Shown here: positions 50,741-62,030 of the stretch, piece after piece
Position numbering within the stretch: position 1 is the first letter of the stretch
Layout: the number at the start of each line of letters is the position of its first letter
NCBI GenBank assembly: GCA_963663965.2
Contig: CAXXFK010000041.1
Location: forward strand, 1-64,000
Source of the DNA: Sedimentisphaerales bacterium
GTDB taxonomy: Bacteria; Planctomycetota; Phycisphaerae; Sedimentisphaerales; SM23-30
Length of the DNA stretch: 64,000 nt
Direction: 5' to 3'
Translations under genes and position numbers: made by a program
The notes under the pieces: generated by a model
What the model was told of the DNA's origin: nothing
Seen by the model: only the letters and a program-made list of their open reading frames with translations
Database searches by the model: none

Positions 50741-53700
50741 TCATCGCGCTAACCAGTATTCGGAAAGCTGAATAATCTCGGTTATATCCGCCCCATCCAG
50801 TATCAGCCATTGATTGGATATCGCTTCATAATCTTCCATGTTCACTCCATAACTACCCGTCGTATCGCCCGGTATATCCCGCTGCCACCAGAGCATGGGG
50901 TACCCGCTGGCCTGATAGGGCATGTGCCAGATGTTATCAAAATCCCATCCTGCCCCGGTAAAGGTGGCTTTAACCTGCATGGCCTCCGTTAACAGACCTG
51001 TCCCGGCTCCGCTATAGGTCATACCTGAAGATTGCATATCCCAAAAACAGGTTTCGCCTGACTCACTGATATTATAGGCGGCCAGTCCGCCCCCGACGCT
51101 GCCGGTAACACTGCCGGTTGAGTAACAGTTAATCATCTGACACCCATATTCATTCGATCCCACCAGCCCGCCCAGCAATTGCCGCCCGGAAATATCACCC
51201 TGGGCATAACAATCAACAATGCTGCTCAATCGATGGTTGGCACTATAGTAGGTATTATTCCCAACCAGACCGCCAATAAACCAGCAATCTCCCGAACAAC
51301 TTAGATCAACCGTACTGTATGATTCCTTAATGGTTCCCCCATAGTTGATCCCCACCAAGCCACCCAGATTATCACACATATCATTCGTTGAAATGGTCCC
51401 ATTCGAGCCGCATTGCGCAATCTGGCTATTGGTGTTACCGCCCACCAATCCGCCCACCCAATCCGCCTGCTTTGGACAGGTAATGGCTACCTGGACAGTA
51501 CAATCCGTAATCGTAGATGAAACAGTTTGACCCACCAGACCGCCGATATAATACGCATAATCCCCCGTATGAATACTGACATCAGCCCAACATTTCCTAA
51601 CATTTCCATAAACCTTATAGCTGGTGATTCCCCCAATATAATCATCCCCGGTAAGTGTTCCCTGAACCGTACAGTTTTCAATCGTGCCATAAACCATCCC
51701 GGCCAGACAACTGATATTATCATCCCCGGCCACTGAACAATCCACTAAGTTTAAATTCTTCACTATACCACCTGTGCCAACATAGCCAAACAACCCCAGA
51801 TAATCATTCCCTTCAGCCACTCCGTCAATCGTCAAGCCGATAATAGAATAGCCCTGTCCATCAAATGAACCAACAAAAGAATCACCTTGAAAACCGCCAG
51901 ATGGTGATGTATCTGGGGCAAAAATTGCGGTATTACTAGCATTTAGCGATAAGTTGATATCATTCATTAAAAGATAGTATTTATTATAATCTTCATTACG
52001 GTTGCCTGCATAGAGCAAATCATCGATCGAATAAATTCTAAAAGGATCTTCTTTAGTGCCGCTACCTTTTTTCAAGTCTTCAAAGAAGACAAGTTTGGGA
52101 TATTCTCCAGGCCTTATCATCCAATAGTCATCAGTTCCATTGATTGATTCTCCAATAAAATCCCAACCGGCGTTCAGGTAGGATTGAACATCCTGCATTT
52201 CGGCAGTGGTTTTACCAAATCCGCCGTCACTGGTGGTTGTGCTGGATGTTTCAATATCCCAAAAACAACCAGTGATAGCTATGCCGGAACTATAGCCACA
52301 AAGACCGCCTACTTTTTCGGAAAATTGTCCGACTGAAATCGGACTGGAAGCATAACAGTTTTTGATCGTTCCGTTATCTTTTTCTCCACAGAAACCGCCA
52401 ATATATTCTGACCAATCTCCACTAGTAACGGAAGCAAGAGAGTAAGAATTTTCAATGGTGCCTTTTGACCATCCGCAGAATCCGCCAATACCACAAGTAT
52501 GATATCGGCTCCATACTATACCAGTGGTATAACATTCTGATATGGTTCCCAAATAGTTCCAGCCGCAAAGCCCACCTATAAATTCATAGAGGGAATCGCC
52601 ACCCTCCTCATATTCCAGATCAATTACCGATACCTGAGCTGTGGCGTGACATCGAGAGATTACTGCGCTATTTTCTCCACATAGTCCGCCAACACTTGAT
52701 TTGCCCTTGATATCGCCAGAAGCGTCGGAATTTGTTATAATACCCTGTTTCATATTAGTACCGCAAAGTCCGCCTATGGCATAAATGCCCATAACAGTAC
52801 CATTCGCATAGCAGCCATTAATGACACCACGATTATCTCCGCATAATCCACCCAATGGGCCAGATTCATCATCACAATCGCTTATTACAGTGCTTATGGT
52901 ATCACAATCCCGGATAGTTCCATGGTTCTCTCCACATAGCCCCCCAATGTTTTGGGCTAAATTTCCTGTCTCGATTAAACAAGAAATATGACATTGTTCT
53001 ATGGTTCCATTATTAAAGCCACATAATCCGCCAACGCAATTCGATTCAGGCCCACCAATGATGGTGCAATCTTGGATTTTAATATTTACAATTTGAGCAG
53101 AAGAGCCAATATACCCGAACAAGCCAAGATAAGAAATACTGGAACCAGAAGTATTGATATGCAAGTTGCTTATGGTATGATCCGCGCCATCAAAAACACC
53201 ATTAAACATTAGTCCGTTAAACTGCCAATTGGAGTCCTGGATACTTGGTGCGATCGGGGAATTATTAATATCATGATAAGAAGAGAGGTCAATATCCGCC
53301 GTTATAATAAAATACTTATCATAATCCAAAGGGTTCTTACCTAATGCAATCAAATCGTTGGCAGTGGCAATCTGATAAGGATCGGTTTCAGTACCAGAAC
53401 CGCCAGAATATTTTATCGGTGGCGTATCAAATTTCACAATCCAGCCTTCAATAACACCATCGGGATTAAATCCATTTCCTGAAATCGTTGTGCCATCGTC
53501 TGAAATACAATTTGCCTCATATAGAGTCCATTCAGTTAAATCTAATCCATATTCAGTTTCAAGAATCGTTTTTAAATTCACCATCCCTGTCTTTTCTGTC
53601 CAAAGGAAAGCTTCATGTTCTTGGTGGTTAATATCGCCTGATACAGTACTATACCCGACGACAATAGAACCATCTCTTGAAACGTCTTGAGCCCAGCTAA

Positions 53701-54467
53701 AAAACTCACCACCCGGCAAATCACCCAGCCCCGTCATAGTACCATTTTCCCAAATAAAACGCTTCACCAGGCCCCGGCCATATCTCTGTTTTTTGACTGT
53801 AACCAACGACAACTTGTCCGTTAGCAGATATCGCATTGGCACGGCTTTTATTTCCACCCAAATGCCCTAATGGCTTAATACCTTCTGATTCTGTCCAACG
53901 AGACGCATAGTTATTACCTCCAAACATGGCATAGCCAACAATAACAGAGTTATTTTGAGAGATATCTGAGCAATGCCCGATTAATTCCCAGCCAGTTTCA
54001 GATTGCCAGAATCCTTTATCACTTAAAAGAATAGTACCATCAGCCGATATGCCTGTCACATAATATCCAGCGGAATCCAGCAGGCATGTTGCTTGACCAT
54101 TATTCCAGATAAAGGGTGTTGACCCGCTTGACGATGATACCGAATTCCCTGCTATAATGGCCCCATTAAAGTTACAGGTTTTGGCTTCTGAATGCTGGCG
54201 GTTACAAAAATAGCCTAATTCTTGTATCCCTTCATCAACAGACCAGATAACAGCATATCCAAATGATTGATTGCCTGGTACTTCATACGCTTGACCTACA
54301 ATAACATTACCATCACCGGAAATACCAAAGGCCTGGCTTTGCATGAAATCTGGAATTGCTCCTGGGATATTTCCCATTCTATAAAAACGAGCTTCACTCC
54401 AAAGGGAGGAACATAGAATCAGAGAAACGAAAAAAACAAACCGCATAACAACCGTATTCTTAACCAT
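50741..54467 (-). CDS. Secreted HAF-repeat / GLUG-repeat protein with dockerin-like tail (frameshift at 53756-53759; ~1241 aa if repaired)
   Basis: HAF repeats (S.A.AIS.NG.VVVGYS) continue across the junction EAF|IWENGTMTGLGDLPGG; GSGT..DPY/F and many VGGLCG.N repeats. Confidence 0.8.
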
Positions 54468-54660
54468 ATCCAGCTCCTTTATGAGAAAATCGATAAACTT
54501 TCCAGCAATCTACCCAATTGCAATGATTGCATCTATTTCATCATACCCATTCCGGCCTATTAAATCAATCGTGGTAAATACGGTATATCTGCATTTTTTT
54601 AACCTCCTGTTCTGGGGGCAGATGAGATCGGTTCCCGTATGTCTAGTTTGATAAAATGGC

Positions 54661-55211
54661 GGTAAGACCTTTCTAATCTTAAGGTTAGGGCGATATTTTT
54701 TCGTATTGGCTTCGTTTGGTTTTGGGTTGGCAATCGCTGCGCTCATGGTTGGTTTCCTTTCTTTGCGAGAAATACTGTCAGTAGCGCCTTGGGGAGGCGG
54801 TGGTTAAAATGGAAGTAGGAAGTAGTATAATTTTCACGCCAATGAATTGGTGGGTTATTCACGGTTATCTCCTTCTGAGGCGGACCTTCGGCCTTTGGGG
54901 TATTATTGGTATCCGCCGGAGGGCGGATGGTCAGTTTTATCTATCGCTGCAGAGCGATATCCTGGCGGTTCGCCTCTGCGAGGCGTGGGTTAAAAAATTA
55001 ATTTCATGTTTGTGACCCAGGGTGACGCTCGTCCCGAAGGATCGGGATTCGCTCTGCCCTGGGCTATTTTATACCAGCCCGTTGGGCCGCTTTGGGTATC
55101 CGTCCTCCTGAGGCGGACCTGCGGCCTATGTCGGATGGTTTTTTAATTTTTCGTTAAGATCAATTCTTTGTTGAGGTTATGGCAATATTTATGGGTATTG
55201 GGTTTGTTTCG
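54661..55211 (-). repeat. Inverted copies of the 28748-29457 repeat family (54661-54810 near full; 54931-55010 5' half; 55015-55101 REP-like; 55133-55211 3' half)
   Basis: Reverse complement gives CGCCTC...GGCG..CATGAGCGCAGCGA.T.CCAA..AAACGAAGCCAAT and AACCCACGCCTCGCAGAGGCG.ACCGCCAGGATATC. Confidence 0.9.
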
Positions 55212-55240
55212 CACCGGGTCATGATGGTTGGTGGTTGATG

Positions 55241-56027
55241 TCAGTAGTGACGGCATTGGAGGGTGGTGTCGGTTGGGGTGTTCTGGGAATTTTCTGCCGG
55301 CGTGAATGGTTTTATGTCATTGTTATAATTTTGGTTATAGTCGTGATTATTGGTGTTGGGTTCGTTTGGCGCTGGGGGATAGTTGGAGTGGTTGGGGGCG
55401 TATTGATGGGGTGTTTGGTTCAAAGGATCGGGATGAGATTCGTAGCGTTCGTAGCTGGAAGTGTGGTGGTAGTTATGGGTTGGTTTGTTTGTTTCTAAGT
55501 TTTTGTTATTGTTTGTGTTATGGTTGAATTTGCCTTCTTTGGGTTCGTTTGGTATTGGTTGGGTTTCGGGTTGTTGGCCTGGTTCGGGGGTGGCGTTTGG
55601 GTCGCACTGGATGGCGGGGGTGATCTGGTAGCCGGCTTCGAAGAGGATTTCTTTGGATTGCTGGATGATCTGCTGGTATTCCAGGTCGGTGGGCGGGCCA
55701 TCGGGGAGGCAATCTTTGAAGGAGTTGGAAACGGTGATGAACTGACGGATGAGTTGGGCAGTAGCGCGGCGGGCGGTGACGTTGTTGTCGGAGCGGGGAC
55801 TGGACGACGAGCCGTTGGAGGGCCTGGTGGCCGGCGCGGGTGGCGCGGAGTTTGTAGTCGCGGCGATCATAGGCGATCAGGCCGGCCAGTTCGCAGTGGT
55901 AGGAGTGGGTGTCGATGATATATTGATGCTGGCGGCGGGTGGTGTTGATGGTGGCGAGGAAGATGTCATCAATTTCGGGGCGGTGGTAGTATTGGGCACG
56001 GGCGAGAATTTGCATGGAACGATTCAT
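55241..56027 (-). CDS. Hypothetical protein with NEP(N/K) low-complexity tail (frameshift at 55795-55798; ~261 aa if repaired)
   Basis: AAGGAGG SD before ATG 56027; removing one C joins MNRSMQ...ALQRLVVQS to RSDNNVTARRATAQL...PNEPK...PNEPN. Confidence 0.6.
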
Positions 56028-56206
56028 GTTATACCTCCTTTTAACCTTAATAATGTTTTGTGTTTGACCGTTAGTGGCCGACTGTTGGGATTATAGGTTG
56101 CATTTCAATAATAGTCAAATAAATAATAATATTAATTGCAATAAATACATAATATAAGAAAATTTCACCGTGAAGTAAGTGAAGGGAGTGAAGAAACAGC
56201 CGGAGA

Positions 56207-56713
56207 GATAAGAAATATATAACGGCCGATAAAACCGCAGATCCCGATGTACATCGGGACAGATAGACGCAGATAAAATAGATATAAGTTATTAAAATAA
56301 AAGAAGATATGGCTACGGAATCCGCGGAATACATGGAAGGGAATCAGGATGAAGTAGTTAAAATCAAAGAAGATAGAACTGCGAAAGGCACGAAAATAAA
56401 GAGTGGCGGGGCCACGAGTTAAAATATCTAAAGGCAGGGATTAACCACGAAGCCGTCCTCCTGAGGCGGATCTTCGACCTTCGGCTACACGAAGGGCGCC
56501 TACGGCGCTACACGAAGGATAAGAAAAAATATAACAGCCGGTTTATCCGGAGATAGACTTAGATAAAACAGATTTAAGTTATTTAAATAAAAGATGATAT
56601 GACCACTGAATACACGGAACACACGGAAGAAATCAGGGTTAAGAAGTTAAAATCAAAGAAGATAGAACTGCGAATGGCACGAAAATAAAGGGTGGCTGCG
56701 CCACGAGTTGAAT
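56207..56713 (+). repeat. Degenerate direct duplication (~56207-56425 and ~56518-56713) built from 9-nt periodic ACCAC/ACCGC-type motifs
   Basis: AGATAAAA.AGAT.TAAGTTATT.AAATAAAAGA.GATATG...AGTTAAAATCAAAGAAGATAGAACTGCGAA.GGCACGAAAATAAAG.GTGGC...GCCACGAGTT in both copies. Confidence 0.88.
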
Positions 56714-57211
56714 TTTTGAAGGAGGGGGTTTATCGCAGAGTTTAGGAGGGCAAAGAGGGTAATGGCCGGGAGGGGGATGGACGGGTACGGACTTTCACTG
56801 ACTGGCACGGACGGGGATATGGTGGGGGGAGGATGGGGCTTTTTGATGGGATAATTTTGGTTGATCGGGATTTTCTGGATGTTGACAGGATCAAGAAATT
56901 GGGGGGAATGAGTTCTGGTTTGAAATTCTGGTTGGGAGGTGATGTGTTCAATTATTTTTTGATTCTGTCATTCGCATGATTGTCAGGTGGGGATGGGTGT
57001 GTTAGAATTGCGGGATACCGGAATATGGATTGAATTGGTCTTGTTTTAAGGAGTATTGATGAAGGATGAGTTATTGGAGCGATCTGTACACAAAGATATA
57101 ATTAAAGACAGAACCAGATTGACTATTATTACGATAAAAAATTAACTTATCGTGCCTGTCGAAAACCATCGTACTGATAAATTGGATGGCGAATCACTTA
57201 ATTAGAACAAC

Positions 57212-57909
57212 ATGAATCAAGAAGCAACACATAATATTGAATTAAATTTTTATTATTTACATTCGAATGACGCAGAAATGTTTCTTCAGTGGGCTAAACA
57301 GGAAGAAAAAATAAAATCGAAATTGAAGAGTATTCATGCTCGCCATGCAATTTTGGCAGCAATATTTGCAAGCGAATCTTTGATTAATCTTGTACTGGCT
57401 GATTTTTATATTCCAAGATCTGGTAGTGAAAGTATTGATAGGATGAGTTTGCATGATAAGTGGTTTGTTGCCCCACTCATATGCACAAATAATCAATCCA
57501 TGAAAACTTTTGATAAAGCTGAAGAGCCATTTCAAAGCTTTAATGATTAATAAAAATTCGTAATTGGCTTGTTCATCCAAAACCAGATTTGATTATTGAA
57601 GGCAGATTAGTAAATGGCCAAATAACCAACATTGAAACTGAAAAATCTTATCCTTGGCTAGAAACAATAAAAGGTGGCAATTGGTTACAAACAAAAATTC
57701 CCAAAAATCCATTTGAAATTACCTCTACTCATGCAGAAAAAGTTATAAATATAATTAAAGATATGGAGCTAAAATTAAAAGAATTCATGCCTTATCAAAT
57801 AACTGATGAATGGCTAAATCGAATAAAATTTAAGAATAAAAAAACTGGCAAAGTGGAGCATACCTCAACTGAAGCTCTTTGGGGTGGGTACACTCCAAAT
57901 GATGACTGA
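57212..57909 (+). CDS. AT-rich HEPN-like protein (frameshift at ~57547; ~232 aa if repaired)
   Basis: A..ESLIN helix; adding one T gives FNDLIKIRNWLVHPKP (Rx4H) in frame with 57589-57909. Confidence 0.6.
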
Positions 57910-57974
57910 TGATAAATTTTGAGAAGCTTTTATTTATAGAACAGCATAGAAAGCTATGCATGCCCCCTGATATT

Positions 57975-58050
57975 TCTGTTCGCCGGTTGTGTTCTTGGTA
58001 CAAGGTTTTGCAATGTAGATTAGAGAGTATTTAACGATTATAAAATGATA
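57975..58050 (+). repeat. Degenerate copy of the 3' end of the 58258-58935 gene
   Basis: TGTTCGCCGGTTGTG.T..TGGTACAA.GTTTTGC.ATG....TTAGAGA.TAT...ACGATTA...AATGATAA also at ~58864-58938. Confidence 0.8.
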
Positions 58051-58257
58051 ATTTTTCTACGCAATTAAGGTCATTATTATAGAAGGAGAATAAATCGGAA
58101 CAGCTTTCATCTCTAATGAAGAAAACAGGGGATTCCGGTGATATGGATGAATCCAAGTGTTTCAGGTGTAACCTGAGTAAAGTGGGATGAGTTGATTTAA
58201 AGAAACGTATGGGCGGCGCTTGCCGTACTGGTTGAGATTAATATAAAAGGTGAAGTA

Positions 58258-58935
58258 ATGATCGATAGACAGGCAAGAGATTTGGCGATATTGGCGATTG
58301 AGGCGTTTTTGGATGACCGGATGGGGGCGTTTGAGTTTGCTGAACGGCTTGGTGAGATCAAGACGGAAGATGCTACGGTCAGGTATGTCGTTAAGGTGGC
58401 GTGGTATCATTATGATGATTGCCGGGATCACAAGGTGTGCTTCAGCAAGCAGCAATGGGATCTTTTTCAAAGGCTGCTGTTGCTGTTGAGTTCTGACCTG
58501 GAGATAGTGGTGGTAAAGAAGAAGCGGTGGGCGTGGGATCATGGGCTGGCGCTGGCCGGGCTGGTGGGATTTCTTGGGCTGGCATTTTATACGGGCTGGG
58601 GAGAGCACCTGTTTGCCCTGACGATACCATTTGGGGCGCTATCGATGCTCATTTCTTTTTACCGGGCACGTGCCATCAAAGGGCTGTCAACCTTTGAGCT
58701 GGCGTGTTATCCTTTTACGGCTATCGCACCAATTGCCTTGCTGAAAGAGCACGCACCGCAGTTTGTGAAACGACGGTATCGCAAGGAGATTGGGGAACGG
58801 ATAGTGTGGAGTGACTCTGAACAGAAGTTTAATCATTTGAGGACTGTGGTACCGTGGCTGCTTTGTTCGCCGGTTGTGCTATTGGTACAAAGTTTTGCGA
58901 TGACGGTTAGAGAATATGCGACGATTAAGGAATGA
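58258..58935 (+). CDS. Hypothetical membrane protein
   Basis: 225 aa, AAGGTG SD, 2-3 hydrophobic segments. Confidence 0.7.
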   Translation: MIDRQARDLAILAIEAFLDDRMGAFEFAERLGEIKTEDATVRYVVKVAWYHYDDCRDHKVCFSKQQWDLFQRLLLLLSSDLEIVVVKKKRWAWDHGLALAGLVGFLGLAFYTGWGEHLFALTIPFGALSMLISFYRARAIKGLSTFELACYPFTAIAPIALLKEHAPQFVKRRYRKEIGERIVWSDSEQKFNHLRTVVPWLLCSPVVLLVQSFAMTVREYATIKE

Positions 58936-58972
58936 TAAGGAAGGGAAGCTGTTTTGACCAGTTACGTGAAAT

Positions 58973-59004
58973 AAAAAAGCCCCGCCGGAGTCTTCCGGCG
59001 GGGC
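58973..59004 (-). terminator. Rho-independent terminator
   Basis: GCCCCGCCGGA / TCCGGCGGGGC stem with T6 on minus strand. Confidence 0.88.
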
Positions 59005-59037
59005 GTCAATCCTAAAATTAAAGTCCGATTGGGTCCA

Positions 59038-61407
59038 TTACTGGATGCAATCGGGCAGGATGGAGCAATCGAGCCATTCGGCGGAGAAAATGGCGATATC
59101 GAGGATATTGACGATACAGTCATTGTTGAGGTCGAAGGTGGCTGCGGGGCGGATTGACTGGACGCAGGCGGACATGCCGGGTGCGTCCTGAACGTAGAGG
59201 CGTGCGACGTCCATTTCGCTCATGGAGTAGTTATAGATCCGGACGTTGTCCAGACTGCCATTCATCCATTCGCGCGGGTTGATGTCGAAGCCGTTACCGC
59301 CGAGACAGATGGGGGCGTCCGTGGCGTTTCCAAAGTGGAACGCGGCGCTGACCTTCTGTTCGCCGTTGATATAAAGAACGCCATTGGTTCCGTCGGTAGT
59401 GACGGTGACCTGCTGCCACTGGCCTTCAGTACCGCCGATCTGGGTGGCGAGGAGATTGTCGGGAGACTGCCACCAGAGTTCGGTGTTGTTGTCACCGGTA
59501 CAGATCTGCCAGTAGACGTTGGCGTCGCCCCAGTCGTTGCCGTTACGTTTGGCGATGAAGCTCTGCCAGGTGCCGTTGGCGCCGGTCCAGTTGAGCCAGA
59601 AGCTGACGGTGATCTGGCCGGAGAATTGGGATGGATTCCAGGATCCAACGTTGGCCCAGCTATCGGTGGTGGGGTATGGATCGGTGGAAACGCGGGCGAT
59701 ATTAACGCCTTCGCCAATCTGGCCGGAGACAAAGGCCGGGGCGCCGTTGGGATCGGCATGGTGGCCTTCGCCGGTGACGTCAAGATACTGGCCGTCGACA
59801 AAGTCAACCGCATCCATGGTCCAGTGAGCGACGATACGCCGGACGGCCAGAGGGGCGGTCGCGGAGGTAGCCGTGCCGCCGGAATTAGTGACAATACAAT
59901 AGTAGTAGCCTTCATCGGAGGTTTGAGCTTCAGTGAGGCTCAAGGTATTGACAAGTGACGGTTCGCTGATGGTTGTATCGTCATCCAGGGTATTGTTGGC
60001 GTTATCAGTGGACATAAACCATTGATAGTATGCGTCAGAGATACTGGAAACGGTGACGGAGAATTCGGCGGTGTCATCGGGAGCGACGATAACCCGCTGA
60101 GGTTGTTTGGTGATGATAGGAATGCTCTTGATGGTGTCAAATTGCCAGACCGGGCCGGTGATCGTGTTGGGATCGGTTGGGCCGGTGCCGTTGGTGCTTT
60201 GATCCACGCGCCAGTAATAGGTCTGGTCCATCAGCCGGGTGGTGGTGAAACTGGCCGTGGCGCCGATGGGGGAACTGACGGAGAGGGTTTCCATATCGGT
60301 TGAGGGCAGGTTGGGGTCCGTCGACAGATAGAGATAGTAGGCGGTGATTTCGGGATTTACCACGTTGAGGTTGTCGGGATCCATACCGGTGTTCCAGGCG
60401 ACGGTGACTTCCACATCACTGTTGCTGCCGGTCGAGGCGCCGACGTCGGTCTGGCCATCTGCCGGAGAAGGGTTCCAGGCGATGACACGTGGGGAATGGA
60501 GGAATTCGATCGGATCGAGGGCTTTGTTAGAGATACGGACTTCGTCAATATAGCCATAGGCGCGGTCGGTATGTCCGCCGGCGTAGAGACCACGTCCCAC
60601 TGACCAGCCGCCGGCATGCCAATCTCCACCATCTTCGGTACCGTTGGTTAAACGGGTATCGGGGCTGCCGCTCAGGGTGAGGTCGGTCTGGGCAACGAGT
60701 TGATAGCCGGTACCGGCGTCAACATCATCGAGATACAGAGAAAGGGTTTTGCCATCGCAGACGGCGGCCATGTTATACCAGTGACCAGTCAGGCCGTCCG
60801 GATCGTTGCCATAAATAAAGCCCTGGGTGATACCCGTAACGGAGGTGGCTTCATGCCAATAGCCTGAGACGTCTGCAAAGGCAATAGAAACATCGTCGTC
60901 CGGATTGATTTTGAAATACAGACAGGCCAGATCACCATTTGAAGTGCCCACATTGCGGCCGTCACGGCCTACGTAAGTACGGTGTCCGCCGTCTTCAGGT
61001 TTGAAAGAGGCTTCGATAGTCCATTCGAGAGGAGTCATGGCTTCAATGTCGATACCGGTGGGATTGCTGTAGGCTGAATAGGTAAAAGTTGCCGGCCAGC
61101 TACTATTGTTTTTAATGGAAAAGTTGTTGGTCGCGCCATTAAACGGCAAAGATGAGGTGGGGACATCGGTACGGTAGAGAAAACCCGCCCCCCCTTGATC
61201 CCAGACAGCCAGATGATTGCCATTTCCAGACACATCCGGAATGTCCAGGCTGTAATTGTAGCCGTTGACCCCTCCGGTTCGTTGAATCAGGGTGTTGGCC
61301 GGACCGGTTTCAAAGCGCCAGTAGGCGACGGTGGCAGCGTGGGCGCTGGTGATTGCCAGGGCCAGGGTACAGACGATCATCAGACAGCACAGTAAAGTTC
61401 TTCTCAT
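59038..61407 (-). CDS. Secreted protein with two LamG-like jellyroll domains, Fn3-like and Ig domains, dockerin-like tail
   Basis: VAYWRFE, GYIDEVRISNKAL, YYWRVD, DEGYYYC, GSLDNVRIYN, DLNNDCIVNILDIAIFSAEWL. Confidence 0.85.
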   Translation of the reverse strand: MRRTLLCCLMIVCTLALAITSAHAATVAYWRFETGPANTLIQRTGGVNGYNYSLDIPDVSGNGNHLAVWDQGGAGFLYRTDVPTSSLPFNGATNNFSIKNNSSWPATFTYSAYSNPTGIDIEAMTPLEWTIEASFKPEDGGHRTYVGRDGRNVGTSNGDLACLYFKINPDDDVSIAFADVSGYWHEATSVTGITQGFIYGNDPDGLTGHWYNMAAVCDGKTLSLYLDDVDAGTGYQLVAQTDLTLSGSPDTRLTNGTEDGGDWHAGGWSVGRGLYAGGHTDRAYGYIDEVRISNKALDPIEFLHSPRVIAWNPSPADGQTDVGASTGSNSDVEVTVAWNTGMDPDNLNVVNPEITAYYLYLSTDPNLPSTDMETLSVSSPIGATASFTTTRLMDQTYYWRVDQSTNGTGPTDPNTITGPVWQFDTIKSIPIITKQPQRVIVAPDDTAEFSVTVSSISDAYYQWFMSTDNANNTLDDDTTISEPSLVNTLSLTEAQTSDEGYYYCIVTNSGGTATSATAPLAVRRIVAHWTMDAVDFVDGQYLDVTGEGHHADPNGAPAFVSGQIGEGVNIARVSTDPYPTTDSWANVGSWNPSQFSGQITVSFWLNWTGANGTWQSFIAKRNGNDWGDANVYWQICTGDNNTELWWQSPDNLLATQIGGTEGQWQQVTVTTDGTNGVLYINGEQKVSAAFHFGNATDAPICLGGNGFDINPREWMNGSLDNVRIYNYSMSEMDVARLYVQDAPGMSACVQSIRPAATFDLNNDCIVNILDIAIFSAEWLDCSILPDCIQ

Positions 61408-61835
61408 TTTGGCACCTCATAAAAGAATTAGGGTTTAAAAGGTTGGTCCGATAACGCAAGTAATCGAATCGGTTATTTGCTTTACGTCATAAATTGGACC
61501 AAGGAAATACACTGATAAATAAACAGGGGTGAAATTGTAGTCCTTTTCTTCTGTTTAAATAATCCGGGAAAGATACGGCCCGGATTCTTCTGCTTTTCAA
61601 ATTATACTCCCCAGATAGACGGAATTCCTTAATAAAAATCCAGTCTGGAATTTTCTGGCTCTCTTTCAGTTGTTTATTATTTATAAAACAATACATAAAA
61701 TATTATTATCAGGTAAACAAGGATTCTCTTTCTGTAGCATTTTATCGGCTTGGATTGAAGGTGATTGAATCGAAATAATCAGCGAAAAAAGAGAAAAGAC
61801 GGCTGGAGGGCGGCCCAAGATGGCCGGTATAATGA

Positions 61836-61864
61836 TTGACAAGGCGCAATTGATAGGATATCAT
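61836..61864 (+). promoter_or_regulatory. Putative sigma70 promoter of icd
   Basis: TTGACA-17 nt-TATCAT. Confidence 0.6.
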
Positions 61865-62030
61865 AGCTGATCTAGCCTGAATCTGGCAGAGTTATAAAGA
61901 AAGATATATAAGTTATGGTGTTGATAAGGCATAATTTATAATGTCAGATGGCAGGAGATTTTCTGATGATCTGAAAGCCGTAAACGGCAAGTTTAAATCC
62001 AGTATAAGACCTACTATGGAGGTATTTGAA

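Noticed and set aside
28600..56900. Composite transposon or prophage bounded by the inverted modules
   Set aside because: Interior is essential housekeeping genes; no transposase, integrase or phage structural genes
57000..58950. Integron cassette array
   Set aside because: No intI and no recognisable attC (RYYYAAC...GTTRRRY) sites around the genes
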